Source: Squalus acanthias
Taxonomy: Eukaryota
NCBI GenBank assembly: GCA_030390025.1
Contig: CM059429.1
Coordinates: forward strand, 145,142,001 to 145,206,000
Length of the DNA stretch: 64,000 nucleotides
Direction: 5' to 3'
Part shown: positions 48,030 through 60,682 of the stretch, one piece after another
Layout of the letters: each line of letters begins with the position of its first letter
Numbering within the stretch: position 1 is the stretch's first letter
Notes under the pieces: generated by a model
What the model was told of the DNA's origin: nothing
The model's input: the letters and a program-made list of their open reading frames with translations, nothing else
Databases searched by the model: none
Program-made: the position numbers and the translations under genes

Positions 48030-48385
48030 TCGAATCTGACCTCGGGTGACTGTCTGTGTGGAGTTTGCACATTCTCCCCGTGTCTGCGTGGGTTTCCTCC
48101 GGGTGCTCCGGTTTCCTCCCACAGTCCAAAAATGTGTGGGTTAGGTTGATTTGGCTATGATAAATTGACCCTTAGTGTTAGGGGGGGGATTAAATATGTG
48201 GGGTTATTGGGATATGTTAGGGGGAATTAAATACGTGGGGTTACGGGGGTCGGGTGGGATATGTGTACTGTGGGGATTAAAGCAGGGACAGGGTACTGGA
48301 TTTGGATGATCAGCCATGATCGTATTGAATGGTGGAGCAGGCTCGACGGGCCGAATGGCCTACTCCTGCTCCTAGATTCTATGTT
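48030..48385 (+). mobile_element. V-domain SINE (HE1-like) with CR1-derived tail
   Basis: gtgtggagtttgcacattctccccgtgtctgcgtgggtttcctccgggtgctccggtttcctcccac V domain. 3' tail matches the CR1 ends in this window. Confidence 0.82.
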
Positions 48386-48404
48386 TTGACAGATAAGGAA
48401 TTCC

Positions 48405-48441
48405 AGTCCTGACGAAGGGTCATCGACCTGAAACGTTAACT
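48405..48441 (+). ncRNA. Minimal hammerhead motif in a Penelope terminal fragment
   Basis: AGTC-CTGACGA-A-GGGTC atc GACCT-GAAA-CGTT-AACT. Confidence 0.65.
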
Positions 48442-48774
48442 CTGTTTCTCTCTCCACAGGTGCTGCCTGACCTGCTGAGTATTTCCAGCATTTTCTGTTT
48501 TTATTTCAGATTTCCAGCATCCGCAGTATTTTGCTTTTGTATTAAGAAATTCCAGGTACATTTTACAGAAACCAGTTTTCCTGGTTCAACAGGATTTTTA
48601 ATTTGGGTTTCTGACTATCTACATTCCTGGATTTAAGGTGGAGATTTTTAAAAGTTTTGGTTTCTTCTGATCACACACACAAGCAACGTGAGTTAACACT
48701 GAAGTAGAATCTAAGTTAAATAATGTGGGGGTACAAGTTAACTGATAAACTGAAGTATCCTCAACTGTATCCTT

Positions 48775-50803
48775 GTATCGTTCTCCTCCCACATCCCCTT
48801 TCCCCCTCCCAACCCCACTTCCTTCTGTGTCCGCTACTGGAAAAAACTCTCCAAATTCACTTACAGCTGCACTTTCAAAATCCCAGCTGTCTATCCTTTG
48901 GCCCTCCGTTCACCACGACATTTCTGCAGCTACCGATCTGCTCAACCACACCCTCACCTCCAGCTTTGATGCCCTAGCCCCCATTAAAACCATTACTCTC
49001 TCTCACCCTGGCCGTTCCCCCTGGTACGGCCCTCATCTTCACTCTCTTAAGTCCAAGGGACGCAGACTCGAACGGATATGGCGGACAACTGCTTTAACCA
49101 TTCATCGCCAGATCTGGCTGGACCTCATAAAGCATTATCGGGTCCTGCTGTCCTCTGCCAAAACTGCTCACTATTCCAGGATCATCCTGGAATGCAAAGA
49201 TAACCCTGGCTTCTTTTTTCTACTACAAACCGTCTTCTTAAAACCTTCCCCCCGTTTCCGCCACTCTCACCTCCAACAACAAGTGCAAGGAGCTCATGGA
49301 CTTCTTTGTCGCTAAAATTGAGATCATCCGATCAGCTGTCTGCCGCTTCCCTCCTTCCCCCTAGACCATCGAGCCAAACTACCTCTAAGGATCCCCCCTG
49401 CCTCACATCTTTCTCTAGTTCCTCTCCAATCTCCCCTCATGCCCTCTCCGATCTCATCTTATCCATGAGACCCACCTCCTGCTCCCTCGAACTTATTCGC
49501 ACTAAACTGCTGACCATCAAATTTCCCTTCCTGGCTCCCATGTTAGCTGATATTATTAACGGTTCTCTCTCCTCAGGTACTGTCCCCCTCTCCTCAAAAT
49601 ACAAACACTTGACCCCTCCGTCCTTGCAAACTACCGCCCCATCTCCAACCTCCCTTTCCTCTCCAAAGTCCTTGACTGTGTTGTTGCCTCCCAAATCTGT
49701 GCCCATCTTTCCCGGAACTCCATGTTTGAATCCCTCCGATCAGGTTTCTGCCGCTTCCACAGTACAAAAACGGCACTTATCAAAGTCACAAATGACATCC
49801 TATGTGACTGTGACAAAGGTAAGCTATCCTTCCTCGTCCTTCTCGACCTGTCTGCAGCCTTTGACACGGTCGACCATTCCATCCTTCTCCAACGCCTCTC
49901 CACCGTTGTCCAGCTGGGTGGGATTGCACTCGCCTTGTTCCATTCTTATCTAGCCAGTCATAGCCAGAGAATCACCTGCAATGGCTTCTCTTCTCGCTCC
50001 TGCTCCATTACCTCTGGTGTCCCCCAAGGATCTATCCATGGCCCCCTCCTATTTCTCATCTACATGCTGCCCCTTGGCGACATCATCTGAAAACACGATG
50101 TCAGTTTCCACATGTATGCCGACGACACCCAGCTCTACCTCACCACCAACTCTCTCGACCCCTCCAATGTCTCTAAATTGTCAGACTACCTGTCCGACAT
50201 CCAGTACTGAATGAGCAGAAATATCCTCCAACTAAATATTGGGAAGACCGAAGCCATTGTCTTCAGTTCCTACTACAAACTCCATTCTCTAGCCACCGAC
50301 TCCATCTCTCTCCCTGGCAACTGTCTGAGGCTGAACCAGACTGTTTACAACCTTGGTGTCATATTTGACCCCGAAATAAGCTTCCGACCACATATCTGCA
50401 CCATCACTAAGACCGCCTATTTCCACTTCCGTAACATCGCCCAACTCCGTCCCGTCACAGCTCTTCCGCTGCTGATACCCTCATACATGCCTTTGTTACC
50501 TCTAGACTTGACAATTCCAACACATTCCGGGCCGGCCTCCCAGCTTCCCTCCATAATTCTAAGCTCATCCAAAACTGCCCGTGTCCTAACCTGCACCAAG
50601 TCCCGTTCACCCATCACCCCTGTGCTCGCTGACCTACATTGGCTCCCAGTTAAGCAACAACTTGATCTTAAAGCTACCTCTCATCTGCCCTAATATTTCC
50701 TTATGTGGCTCGGTGTCAAATTTCATTTGGTAACGCTCCTGTGAAGCAGTTTGGGACGTTTTACTATATTAAAGGCGCTATATAAATACAAGTTGTTGTT
50801 GTT
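48775..50803 (+). mobile_element. L2 LINE, 5'-truncated, frameshifted
   Basis: SGF..FHST.TAL.KV.NDI, LVLLDLSAAFDTVDH, GVPQGS, YADD, LN..KTE; (GTT)n tail. Confidence 0.9.
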
Positions 50804-52262
50804 ATTGGACCATGCATGATAATAAGCAAATATTTAAATGTGGTAAATGTGGCCTGATTTATCTCAGTTTGATGTTGGCACGTCCCTATATATATTTTTT
50901 TAAAAGCTGCACTTGTCATGCTTGTTGGCGTTTTCTCGGTTGTAATATGAGCCTCCCTGCTGCCATGACAAAGAAGCCACAATAAAAGTTGGATGAATTT
51001 TGCAAGGCTCTGCCGCTGGTGTGAAACCTCACTCAACAGGATCATTGATTCACAGTGCTCCCAATTTTCCAATGATTAGTTTTACATTACCTCCATGTCT
51101 GATTCTCCAATCCGCACTCTGGGAGTGCAGCCTTTTAAATTTTGACCCTGCAGTTTCTAGTGACCAACCTTCTTGGAGTGAGGTAAGTGGGTTTCATTCA
51201 GTCAAATTCACTCCAAGGTGACGCAGTAGGAGATCACAACCAAATCAACCACGTGGTAATCTGATATCTGATCTGTAGTAGACTAGGGCACTTGTCTTAA
51301 AATACTCCTGTGCAGCACCTTGGGACGTTTTACTACGTTAAAGGCGCTATATAAATACAAGTTGTTGTTGTTTTTATTGCATGCCAAGCCACCAGGACCT
51401 AGAGTGATTAGACCTATCACTAGGAGCTGGGACTCCTCCCACTCAGCTCCAGATAATCCTGGAAGGCAATACCCTAATGAGTAAGTGATCCCACTTTAAC
51501 AAGCAATGAAAAGCTTACCAGTGCCCTGTTCTGGTAACAGGACCCCCTAGTCGCACTAGGAGGGTCCCTCGCCTGTGGATCTTGCCAACCTGCACCTAGG
51601 CTCTCCAGATTTAGGTTTGTGAGGTGTCCCTACAGAGAGAGAGAGACTGCACTCCATAGCAGCCAAATGGAATCTCTGCTTACAGTATGGTGATGGGTTT
51701 CGTCACATCAGGCAGTTGGCTGACCAAAACATTTTCTAAAATTAATCTATTGTGATTTGAGGTGAAAGCTCTGATCCCTGTTGGTTTACTATGATTCTGC
51801 CATTGATCGATATAGTGGGAAGGGGATGCATCCATGTTCCTTGTTGGTCTGGGTGATTCATTTATCAACCAGTCAGACCACAGCCAGACCTGGCCAATAT
51901 TTATCCCTCAATCAACACCTAAAACAGATTATCTGGTCATTATCACATTGCTGTTTGTGGGAGCTTGCTGTACACAAATTGACTGCCGCGTTTCCTACGT
52001 TACAACAGTGACTATACATCAAAAGTACGTAATTGGCTGCAAAGCGCTTTGGGACATCCTGAGGTCATGAAAAGCGTTATATTAATGCCAGTCTTTCTTT
52101 CTTTTCTTCAAAATTGGACAAAACTGAGAAAACCACATTTGCTCATACTTCTAATGTGATTCTGCTCCTATAACAAAACTCATTGGCTGAAAGCATAAGC
52201 CTGTCACCTGGTGGCTGATAGTCAGTACTATAGCAATATTACCTTTGGTGTTAAAGAACATT

Positions 52263-55200
52263 GGGCTAGAAATTAATCTACTTACCGCCATTCCGTAGCG
52301 CCATGAAATGGCAATAAAATTGTGGCCGCCGCTCTTTCGTCAGCTGGTGGTGGGTCCCGTGGCAGCTGCCATATTCCTCTCCCCCTTTGCGCTGCCAGAA
52401 AAAATGGCGGCGTGATGATGTCAATCGGCGTGCAACGCCGACTTAACGTCACCAACGCAAACTTTGACCCTAGCGCTGAACTCAGCGCTGGGTCTTAAGC
52501 ACGCCAGGTTAACCTGGCATGCAAGCAGGCTGACAGTGGCGATGTCTGCACCTCTTAAAGGGACACATACATCGTTCGATAAGTTCAAATGTAAGGTTTT
52601 GGATTGTTTTTTTTTATTTTATTGAAGTGGTGCCTTACTGCAATAGATGTTAAAAGTTTTTAAAGTGTATAGGGAGTGCTGCTGGACGCTTGCAAGGGCT
52701 TGGATGGTAAATAAAGGCCTTTGAGAAGACAGAACGTGCTGTGAATACTCAGCAGGTCACGCAACATCTGTGGAGAGAAAAACTGAGTTCACGTCTTAGG
52801 TCAAGATGCTGCCTGACCAGCTGAGTATGTCCAGCATTTTATGCTGTCATTTCACATTTACAGCATTCGCTTGCAGAGGGAAGAGGAAGACACAGAAGAG
52901 GAGGAAGCCAAAGAGGAGGAAGCCGAAGAGGAGGAATCAGAGGGAAGGATGCATCCCAGACGGCCCCTTTGTGACTGAGATATCCGGAATGGAATCATCC
53001 GCCTCCGGTCCCAGTGACCATAATCCCAATTTCCCTTTCAACATTAGTCCCACACCTTACCTTCCATCTGTTACTGACCATCACAATGTCCTCTTAGCCA
53101 CGATGCTGTAATTAAAAGCCACCACAAAGCAAAGTTTCCAATCCACCTATATACGTCTATCCATCCAATGTGACATCAAGAAATCAACTCATCACCCATA
53201 TACATTCTCTTAGTGACTGTCTTGTGTGTGCCTTTGCCTATTCTACAGTGCTACCCCAGTGGCTGCAGCATGGCTGGTGGAAGGCTGCTGACTTTAAGTG
53301 GGGGACATTGCAAATTTCCTTGCTGGTTGACCTTGAGGAGCCGGTAGCTGGGAGTGTCAAATTAATCTTCTGTTCTTGTTCTTCTTCACTCTCCTCTCCC
53401 TCTTCTTGGTCACCCACTGGCTGGGTACATGAAATGAGGAAGGCACAAGGGTGGAGTTGTGGTGACGGGAGGTTAGGAAAGCATGAGGTGCATGCCAGAA
53501 GGAGGATAATGTATGAGGATACCTGCATCTTGTATCCTTTCAGCCCCGCTGCTGGCCAAGGGCTTAGCCATGCCCCTGCCAAGAATGGCCTGCACCGTCT
53601 CCTCCAAAGGGCTGAGGTGAGGCTAGGAATGGGAGATGTGCCTCGTGATTGGTGCAGATTGTTGGTAGGTGAGTGATTGGGGGTCGTGCATTGACCAGTG
53701 TGTGATGCTAGTTTTGCAGTTGGTAGGAGACGGCTTTTGAAGATGCATTCACTGACCTTGGCCAGTGGTCTGAGGTCATGAGGCTTTTATGGGCACTTGA
53801 GCTGGATGGTGGGGGTGACACTGCTGGCAGTGATGGCCTCGGTGATGTAAACCCACATCCTTCTTTCTGGAGGGCCTCCTGGCCCTTGTGGGTAGAGGGC
53901 CTTTCTTGCAGTGTTGACCCCCTGCACAAAGCTGGAGTGCTGCATGCGAGACCCTGGGTGCCCCTTCCCTGACTTGCTGAGCTGTTTGTGTTAGTGCTGA
54001 GGCATTTTTCCGTTTTTTTTTTATTCGTTCATGGGATGTGGGCGTCGCTGGCAAGGCCAGCATTTATTGCCCATCCCTAATTGCCCTTGAGAAGGTGGTG
54101 GTGAGCCGCCTTCTTGAACCGCTGCAGTTCGTGTGGTGGAGGTACTCCCACAGTGCTGTTAGGGAGGGAGTTCCAGGATTTTGACCCAGCGACGATGAAG
54201 GATCGGCGATATACTTCTAAGTCAGGATGGTGTGTGACTTGGAGGGGAACTTGGAGGTGGTGGTGTTCTCATGCGCCTGCTACCCTTGTCCTTCTAGGTG
54301 GAAGAGGTCGCGGGTTTGGGAGATGCTGCCGAAGAAGCCTTGGTGAGTTGCTGCAGTGCATCTTGTAGCTGGTACACACTGCAGCCACGGTACGTCGGTG
54401 GTGGAGGGAGTGAATGTTTAAGGTGGTGGATGGGGTGCCAATCAAGCGGGCTGCTTTGTCCTGGATGGTGTCAGTGTTGTTGGAGCTGCACTCATCCAGG
54501 CAAGTGGAGAGTATTCCATCACACTCCTTACTTGTGCCTTGTAGATGGTAGAAAGGCTTTGGGGAGTCAGGAGGTGAGACACTCGCCACAGAATACCTAG
54601 CCTCTGAACTGCTCTTGTTGGCACAGTATTTATGTGGCTAGTCCAGTTAAGTTTCTGGTCAATGGTGACTCCCAGGATGTTGATGGTGGAGGATTCAGCG
54701 ATGGTAATGCCATTGAATGTCAAGGGGAGGTGGTTAGACTCTCGCTTGTTGGAGATAGTCATTGCCTGGCACTTCTGTGGCGCGAATGGTACCTGCCACT
54801 TATCAGCCCAAGCCTGAACGTCATCCAGGTCTTGTTGCATGCGGGCATGGACTGCTTCATTATCTGAGGAGTTGTGAATGGCGCTGAACACTGTGCAGTC
54901 ATCAACGAACATCCCATTTCTGACCTTATGTTGGAGGGAAGGTCATTGATGAAGCAGCTGAAGATGGTTGGGCCTAGGACACTGCCCTGAGGAACTCCTG
55001 CAACGATATCCTGGGGCTGTGATGATTGACGTTCAACCACCACAACCATCTTCCTTTGTGCTAGGTATGACTCCAGCCAGTGGAGCGTTTTCCCCCCAAT
55101 TCCCATTGACTTCAGTTTTACTAGGGCTCCTTGATGCCACACTCGGTCAAATGCTGCCTTGATGTCAAGGGCAGTCACTACCACCTCACCTCTGAAATTC

Positions 55201-56114
55201 AGCTCCTTTGTCCATGTTTGGATCAAGGCTGTAATGAGGTCGGGTGCCAAGTGGTCTTGGCAGAAACCAAACTGGGCATCAGTGAGCAGGTTATTGGTGA
55301 GTAAGTGCCGCTTGATAGCACTGTTGATGACACCTTCCATCACTTTGCTGATGATTGAGAGTAGACTGATGGGATGGTAATTGGCCGGGTTGGATTTGTG
55401 CTGCTTTTTGTGGACAGGGACATACCTGGGCAGTTTTCCACATTGTTGGATAGATGCCAGTGTTGTAGCTGTACTGCAACAGCTTGGCTAGAGGCGCGGC
55501 TAGTTCTGGAGCACAAGTCTTCAGCACGATAGCCGGGATGTTGTCGGGGCTCATAGCCTTTGCTGTATCCAGTGTGCTCAGCCGTTTCTTGATATCACGT
55601 GGAGTGAATTGAATTGGCTGAAGACTGGCTTCTGTGATGGTGGGGACCTCAGGAGTAGGCTCAGGAGTAGATTTGTTAAGGTTAGGAAGGTAATTCAGCT
55701 TTAAGAGCTGAATATTCACTTTTGGGATTTTATTTTAATGTTAATTATTTTTTAAAAGGCAGAGAGGGCTTACAACTGCATTGTTTCACTTCATTTTAAT
55801 TTGTATTGCTTCAGTGTGCATGGCCCCTTTAATTCTCAGACCTCTTCATTACCCACAATTCCTTGTGAGCGCCACAGCCTCGATTCCAGAGGCTGTGCGA
55901 AGCTTGAATGCCGCACCTGGGCAGGAACTTTGCCTCGGATGCTTCCAGCAATGCCTCCAGGACGGCTTTGCATGGAAAGTAAGTGCTGCACCACCAATCT
56001 CCATGCCCCCCAGACCAATTTTGCCCCATTAGCGTTGCGGCCATTTTCTGCGGTCGTTAACTCTAGTTTCCGGTGACACCGGCATTTTTGCTGGCGAACA
56101 CAAATTTCTCCCTC
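52263..56114. mobile_element. Decayed Harbinger-type element carrying a nested LINE
   Basis: TIR-like GGGCTAGAAATT / AATTTCTCCCTC, TSD ATT. Minus-strand REGAPRVSHAAL Myb/SANT-like remnant (ORF 53776-54063). Confidence 0.55.
54013..55655 (-). mobile_element. 5'-truncated copy of the 9443-12560 LINE family
   Basis: [25 protein letters not shown]. Poly(A) tail seen as the T-run at 54013-54022. Confidence 0.9.
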
Positions 56115-56916
56115 ATTGATTTCCTGAGTACATCATAAGTCATTGGGGGTTAAGGGGATAGGAGCAAGAAAGAATGAAAACTCGTGGATTACAGGTCCTA
56201 ATAGCAATATGAGTTACCAACCAAAAAAAATAGATTTGCAGACAATGAAAATAGCTTGCGATGATCTTTCTCACTAGGTTATATCTCACCATTTGTCAAC
56301 TCAACATGTAACACTGGATTTGAGAGTGCCAAACATACCTGAGGCCTATTTTCGTCTGCCTAATGCTCTATGTGCTCTAGTTACTGGGAGAAAAGAGGAG
56401 CAAAGACCCACATCACTGGGTCTCTGCCCTGTTTATACTTGATGCACATTTCCCTGGACCTACAGGGTGGAGCTCTGAGTATTTAAATGGTAGGCAACTG
56501 CCCTACATAGACTCCAATTCACCTTGAACTCTGCCGCTTGCAATCTTTCTTCCACAAATTCCCATTCATTTATTACCCCTAAATTGCCAACTTCCATTGG
56601 CTCCCCATTCCTCAGCACACTGACTTCAAGATCCTCATCTTCATTTACAAATCCCTCCATAGTCTTGCTCCTCCCAACCTGTGCAACATCAACCACCCTA
56701 CATCCCTGCTCACACTCTCTGCCTTACTGTAGCCTACCACACATTGCCCCCCCCCCTCCCTCTACAATTGGTGGCAGCATTTTCCTGCCCTACAGTCTGG
56801 AACTCTCTTGCTAAATCCCTGTGCTTTGCTACATTGTTCCCCACTTTCAAAAGCCTGCTTAACACAAAAGCCTACCATTTGATAGCGCCTTTGGCCAACT
56901 CCCCTAATTCTCTAAT

Positions 56917-57893
56917 ACGATAGCAAAATACTGCAGATGCTGGAAATCCGAAATAACAACAGAAAACGCTGGAAAAACTCAGCAGGCGAGGCAGCATCCA
57001 TGGAGAGAGAAACAGAGTTAACGTTTCAGGTCGATGACCTTTCGTCAGAACTGGAAACAGTCGGAAATCAAATAGATTTAAGGCAAGGATAAAGCTGGGA
57101 AAAGGGGGAGGGGATGAAAGAACAAAAGGAGAGATTAAGAGACATTAAGAGATATTCAAGGCAAGAGGTGGTGTTAATGTGACAGGTTAAGGCTGAAAGA
57201 AGTGTGAAATCCACTGGCAGAATGAAGGACAGCTGCCAGCTTCTAGGAGGGAAAAAACATTGGGGAGACCAAACGCAGATTGGGTGACCGCTTTGCGGAA
57301 CACCTCCGTTCAGTCCGTAAGGGGGACCCCGAGCTCCCGGTCGCCTGTCACTTTAATTCACCGCTTCACTCCCACTCTGACCTCACCGTCCTCGGCCTAT
57401 TACACTGTTCCACGGAAGCGCAGTGTAAGCTCGAGGAACAGCACCTCATCTTTCGTTTAGGCATGCTACAGCCCTCTGGACTCAATATCGAGTTCAACAA
57501 TTTTAGATCATAACCTTAGCCCCAATCACATTTATATTTTATTTTTTCATCCACCCTTTTATTTGGCCCCCCCCTTTTTTTTCCCCTCCTAGAAGCTGGC
57601 AGCTGTCCTTCATTCTGCCAGTGCATTTCACACTTCTTTCAGCCTTAACCTGTCACATTAACACCACCTCTTGCCTTGAATATCTCTTAATGTCTCTTAA
57701 TGTCTCTTAATCTCTCCTTTTGTTCTTTCATCCCCTCCCCCTTTTCCCAGCTTTATCCTTGCCTTAAATCTATTTGATTTCCGGCTGTTTCCAGTTCTGA
57801 CGAAAGGTCATCGACCTGAAACGTTAACTCTGTTTCTCTCTCCACGGATGCTGCCTCGCCTGCTGAGTTTTTCCAGCGTTTTCTGTTGTTATT
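56917..57893 (+). mobile_element. Penelope-like 3' fragment with inverted 3' copy and two hammerhead motifs
   Basis: Arms ~56951-57258 / ~57575-57893 flank the GIY-YIG C-terminus (ORF 57280-57513). 17-bp TSD TCCCCTAATTCTCTAAT (56900-56916, 57894-57910). Motifs at 57016-57052(-) and 57793-57829(+). Confidence 0.9.
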
Positions 57894-58661
57894 TCCCCTA
57901 ATTCTCTAATTCTCTCCTACTCCTGCTCACCTCTGACCTACAACTGTGAAGTGTCTTGGGACACTTTTGCGATATTAAAGGCACTATATAAATGTAATCT
58001 GTTGTTATTGGGTCTCAAACCCTCCTGTTATGATTCAGCTGCTCTGCGAATATTTTATCTCATGTCCATTGAAAGTGATTGCTTTCACAGGCAAACCAAC
58101 ACTTCCGATGAACCAAAGTGTGACCCCATGCACAAAGTAATCTAGGATGTAGGGTGCGCGGGATGAAAAATAACCCCATTTACCATCAATATGTATGCTA
58201 GACACAGAAACTCCAGATCTATCCGACTGATGGACAAATAACACTCTGACTAACCAAATGTCACAGGCTAGAAATTATTGCTCTGATTTTCCATGGTTTT
58301 TTTTCCATCCATTTCTGGGTCGTATTTTGGTGGGCGGGTGTGGGAAATGCAGCTCCCTAACTTCCACCACCATCTCTGGGATTTCCCCACCAGATGTGAT
58401 GGTGGATGGTGAAAACCATATTTGGATGGGCATATTAATATTAAATGTCAATGATGGAAATACATCATCCTTTCATATTTTCTGTTATTAATACCTGGTG
58501 TCGAGTGTTTCTAAGGCAGGAGCATTTAAAATTGAAAGGGTAACAAAGGCCAATGCAATTGATTGCAGAGTGATCAATTGAAGTGTACCAATTAACTTCG
58601 TTGCCTCGGCATTGTTGGCACTGCCAGTCACACTACACTGCAGCAGGTGTCGCAGGGATTT

Positions 58662-58940
58662 CATAGAAACATAGAAACATAGAATCTAGGAGCAGGAGTA
58701 GGCCATTCGGCCCGTCGAGCCTGCTCCGCCATTCAATACGATCATGGCTGATCATCCAAATCCAGTACCCTGTCCCTGCTTTAATCCCCACAGTACACAT
58801 ATCCCACCCTACCCCCGTAACCCCACGTATTTAATTCCCCCTAACATATCCCATCCTATCCCCATAACCCCACATATTTAATCCCCCCTAACACTAAGGG
58901 TCAATTTATCATAGCCAAATCAACCTAACCCACACATTTC
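58662..58940 (-). mobile_element. 5'-truncated V-SINE copy
   Basis: Near reverse complement of 48131-48385. Confidence 0.8.
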
Positions 58941-59387
58941 CTTCCCCTCTATCCCATGGGACCTGAAGTACCATTGTAAGGGCACCGCAATTATTATAAT
59001 TAGAAGATTAGGTGGGGTCAGGGTAGAGTGAGACAGACGGTGCTAAGCCTGACCTGCAACTGATCCGACAGGATTCCCACTTGAATGGAAAATTCAGGCC
59101 TATGAACTAGGTTTATTAAGAAGATTAAACAGAAGCAAAAACACACATTCATTTAACTAGATTAAAGGATAAATTTTGTGAGCTTCCATGGAGATCGCAA
59201 TATTTCAGGGGCACTGCATTAAATCAATAGATTAGAGTTAGGCCATTAAGGAGTGAAATCAGGAAGCACTTTTTCACACTAAAAGCAAACTTTCAGGCAG
59301 AGCCTCCATGATTTTGCGATCCCTGCCAACTGTGTGCAAGGTCCCACTAGCAGCAAAGGATCTCAGAATTTACCTGTCAGCTAGGAA

Positions 59388-59790
59388 CAGTTGGTAGCCC
59401 TCTCGCCTCTGATTCAGAAGGTTGTCGGTTCAAACCCCACTCCAGAACTTGAGTACATAATCTCGGCTGACACTTCAGTGCAGTACTGAGGGTGCTCCAC
59501 TGTCAGAGATGCCGTCTTTCAGATGAAATGTTAAACCAAGGCCCCATCTGCCTGCTCAAGTTGACGTAAATTAACCCACAGAACTATTAGAAGAAGTGCA
59601 GGGAGTTCTCCCGGTGTTATGGCCAAATTTCTCCCTTAACCAATACCAACAAAACAGATGACCTGGTCCTTCATTCATTCATTTGCTGTTTGTGGGACCT
59701 TGCTGTGCATAAATTGGCTGCATAACAACAATGATTGCTGTTCTTAAAGCAATTTATTGGTTGTAAAGCACTTTGGGATATCATGAGTAT
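59388..59790 (+). mobile_element. Deu-domain SINE copy
   Basis: Colinear with 42127-42587. Confidence 0.78.
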
Positions 59791-59830
59791 AATATATGTG
59801 GGTAAAACAAATGAAGGACAGAGATACAAT

Positions 59831-60679
59831 GGGGGAGAAATTTGGTATCGCCCCGTTTGGGGTGCAATTATTGGCCGGGCGCAAATTTTAGCGCCTGCCG
59901 CTAATTATCGCCTCCGACTGCAAACTTGGCCTCTATCGCCCCTGGAGGTGATTTGAGCGCTAAATCAGGCGCTACATACCTCTCTGAAGGCGCTAACGCC
60001 GAGGAGCGAGGTGCTACCTCAGAGCGCTGGCGAAGCTCAGGTGATGTCAGTTAGCAATGGAACACAGACACACAAGTGCCAGTTCTTAAAGGGGAGGGTC
60101 GATCTTGCTCTCCAGCCACACCCTGCTCATTGCAGCCTTGAATCTCGGCCTGGAGAGACCTGTACATCAATTCTGCTGGAAAGAACAATGGAGAGGCCCA
60201 GGGAACGAGCTCAGAGTGCAGTCCCCACAGTCTCTTCTAAATCGATGCAAGGAAGGTCAAATCAAAATGAACCTGCAAAGTGCTGCTCAGTACCCAAAAC
60301 TCCTTCACACAGCATTGAATCTCTCCAGAAGTCTCTCTCTCTCTCTCAGAATGCGTGGTGCAAAAATTTCGCTGACAAAAAAAGGCAGGAAGCGACCGCC
60401 TTTAAATAGCGCTCCCCCAGTCCCTTCCCGATTGCAAAACGTTCCCCTCTACTTGTCGTTGCCAGTGGCAGGCAGAAAGGCAGGGGGCGCCACTCAATAT
60501 CCGGTCTGGGGCGCTACCGGGGTGTTGCACGCTCGACTGACGTCATGATCTGTGGGCGCAGGAGATCGTGGCGGTAGTGTTTAGCGCCGCCGCAAAATGT
60601 CTGGTCAATTTCGCGAGTGGCGCAAACATCGCCGTGCCCGGGCGCTAGTTGCTTTGCTAATCAACCAAATTTTTCCACC
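59831..60679. mobile_element. Complete MITE, inverted relative to 22719-23564
   Basis: TIRs GGGGGAGAAATTT / AAATTTTTCCACC, TSD AAT. Confidence 0.85.
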
Positions 60680-60682
60680 AAT

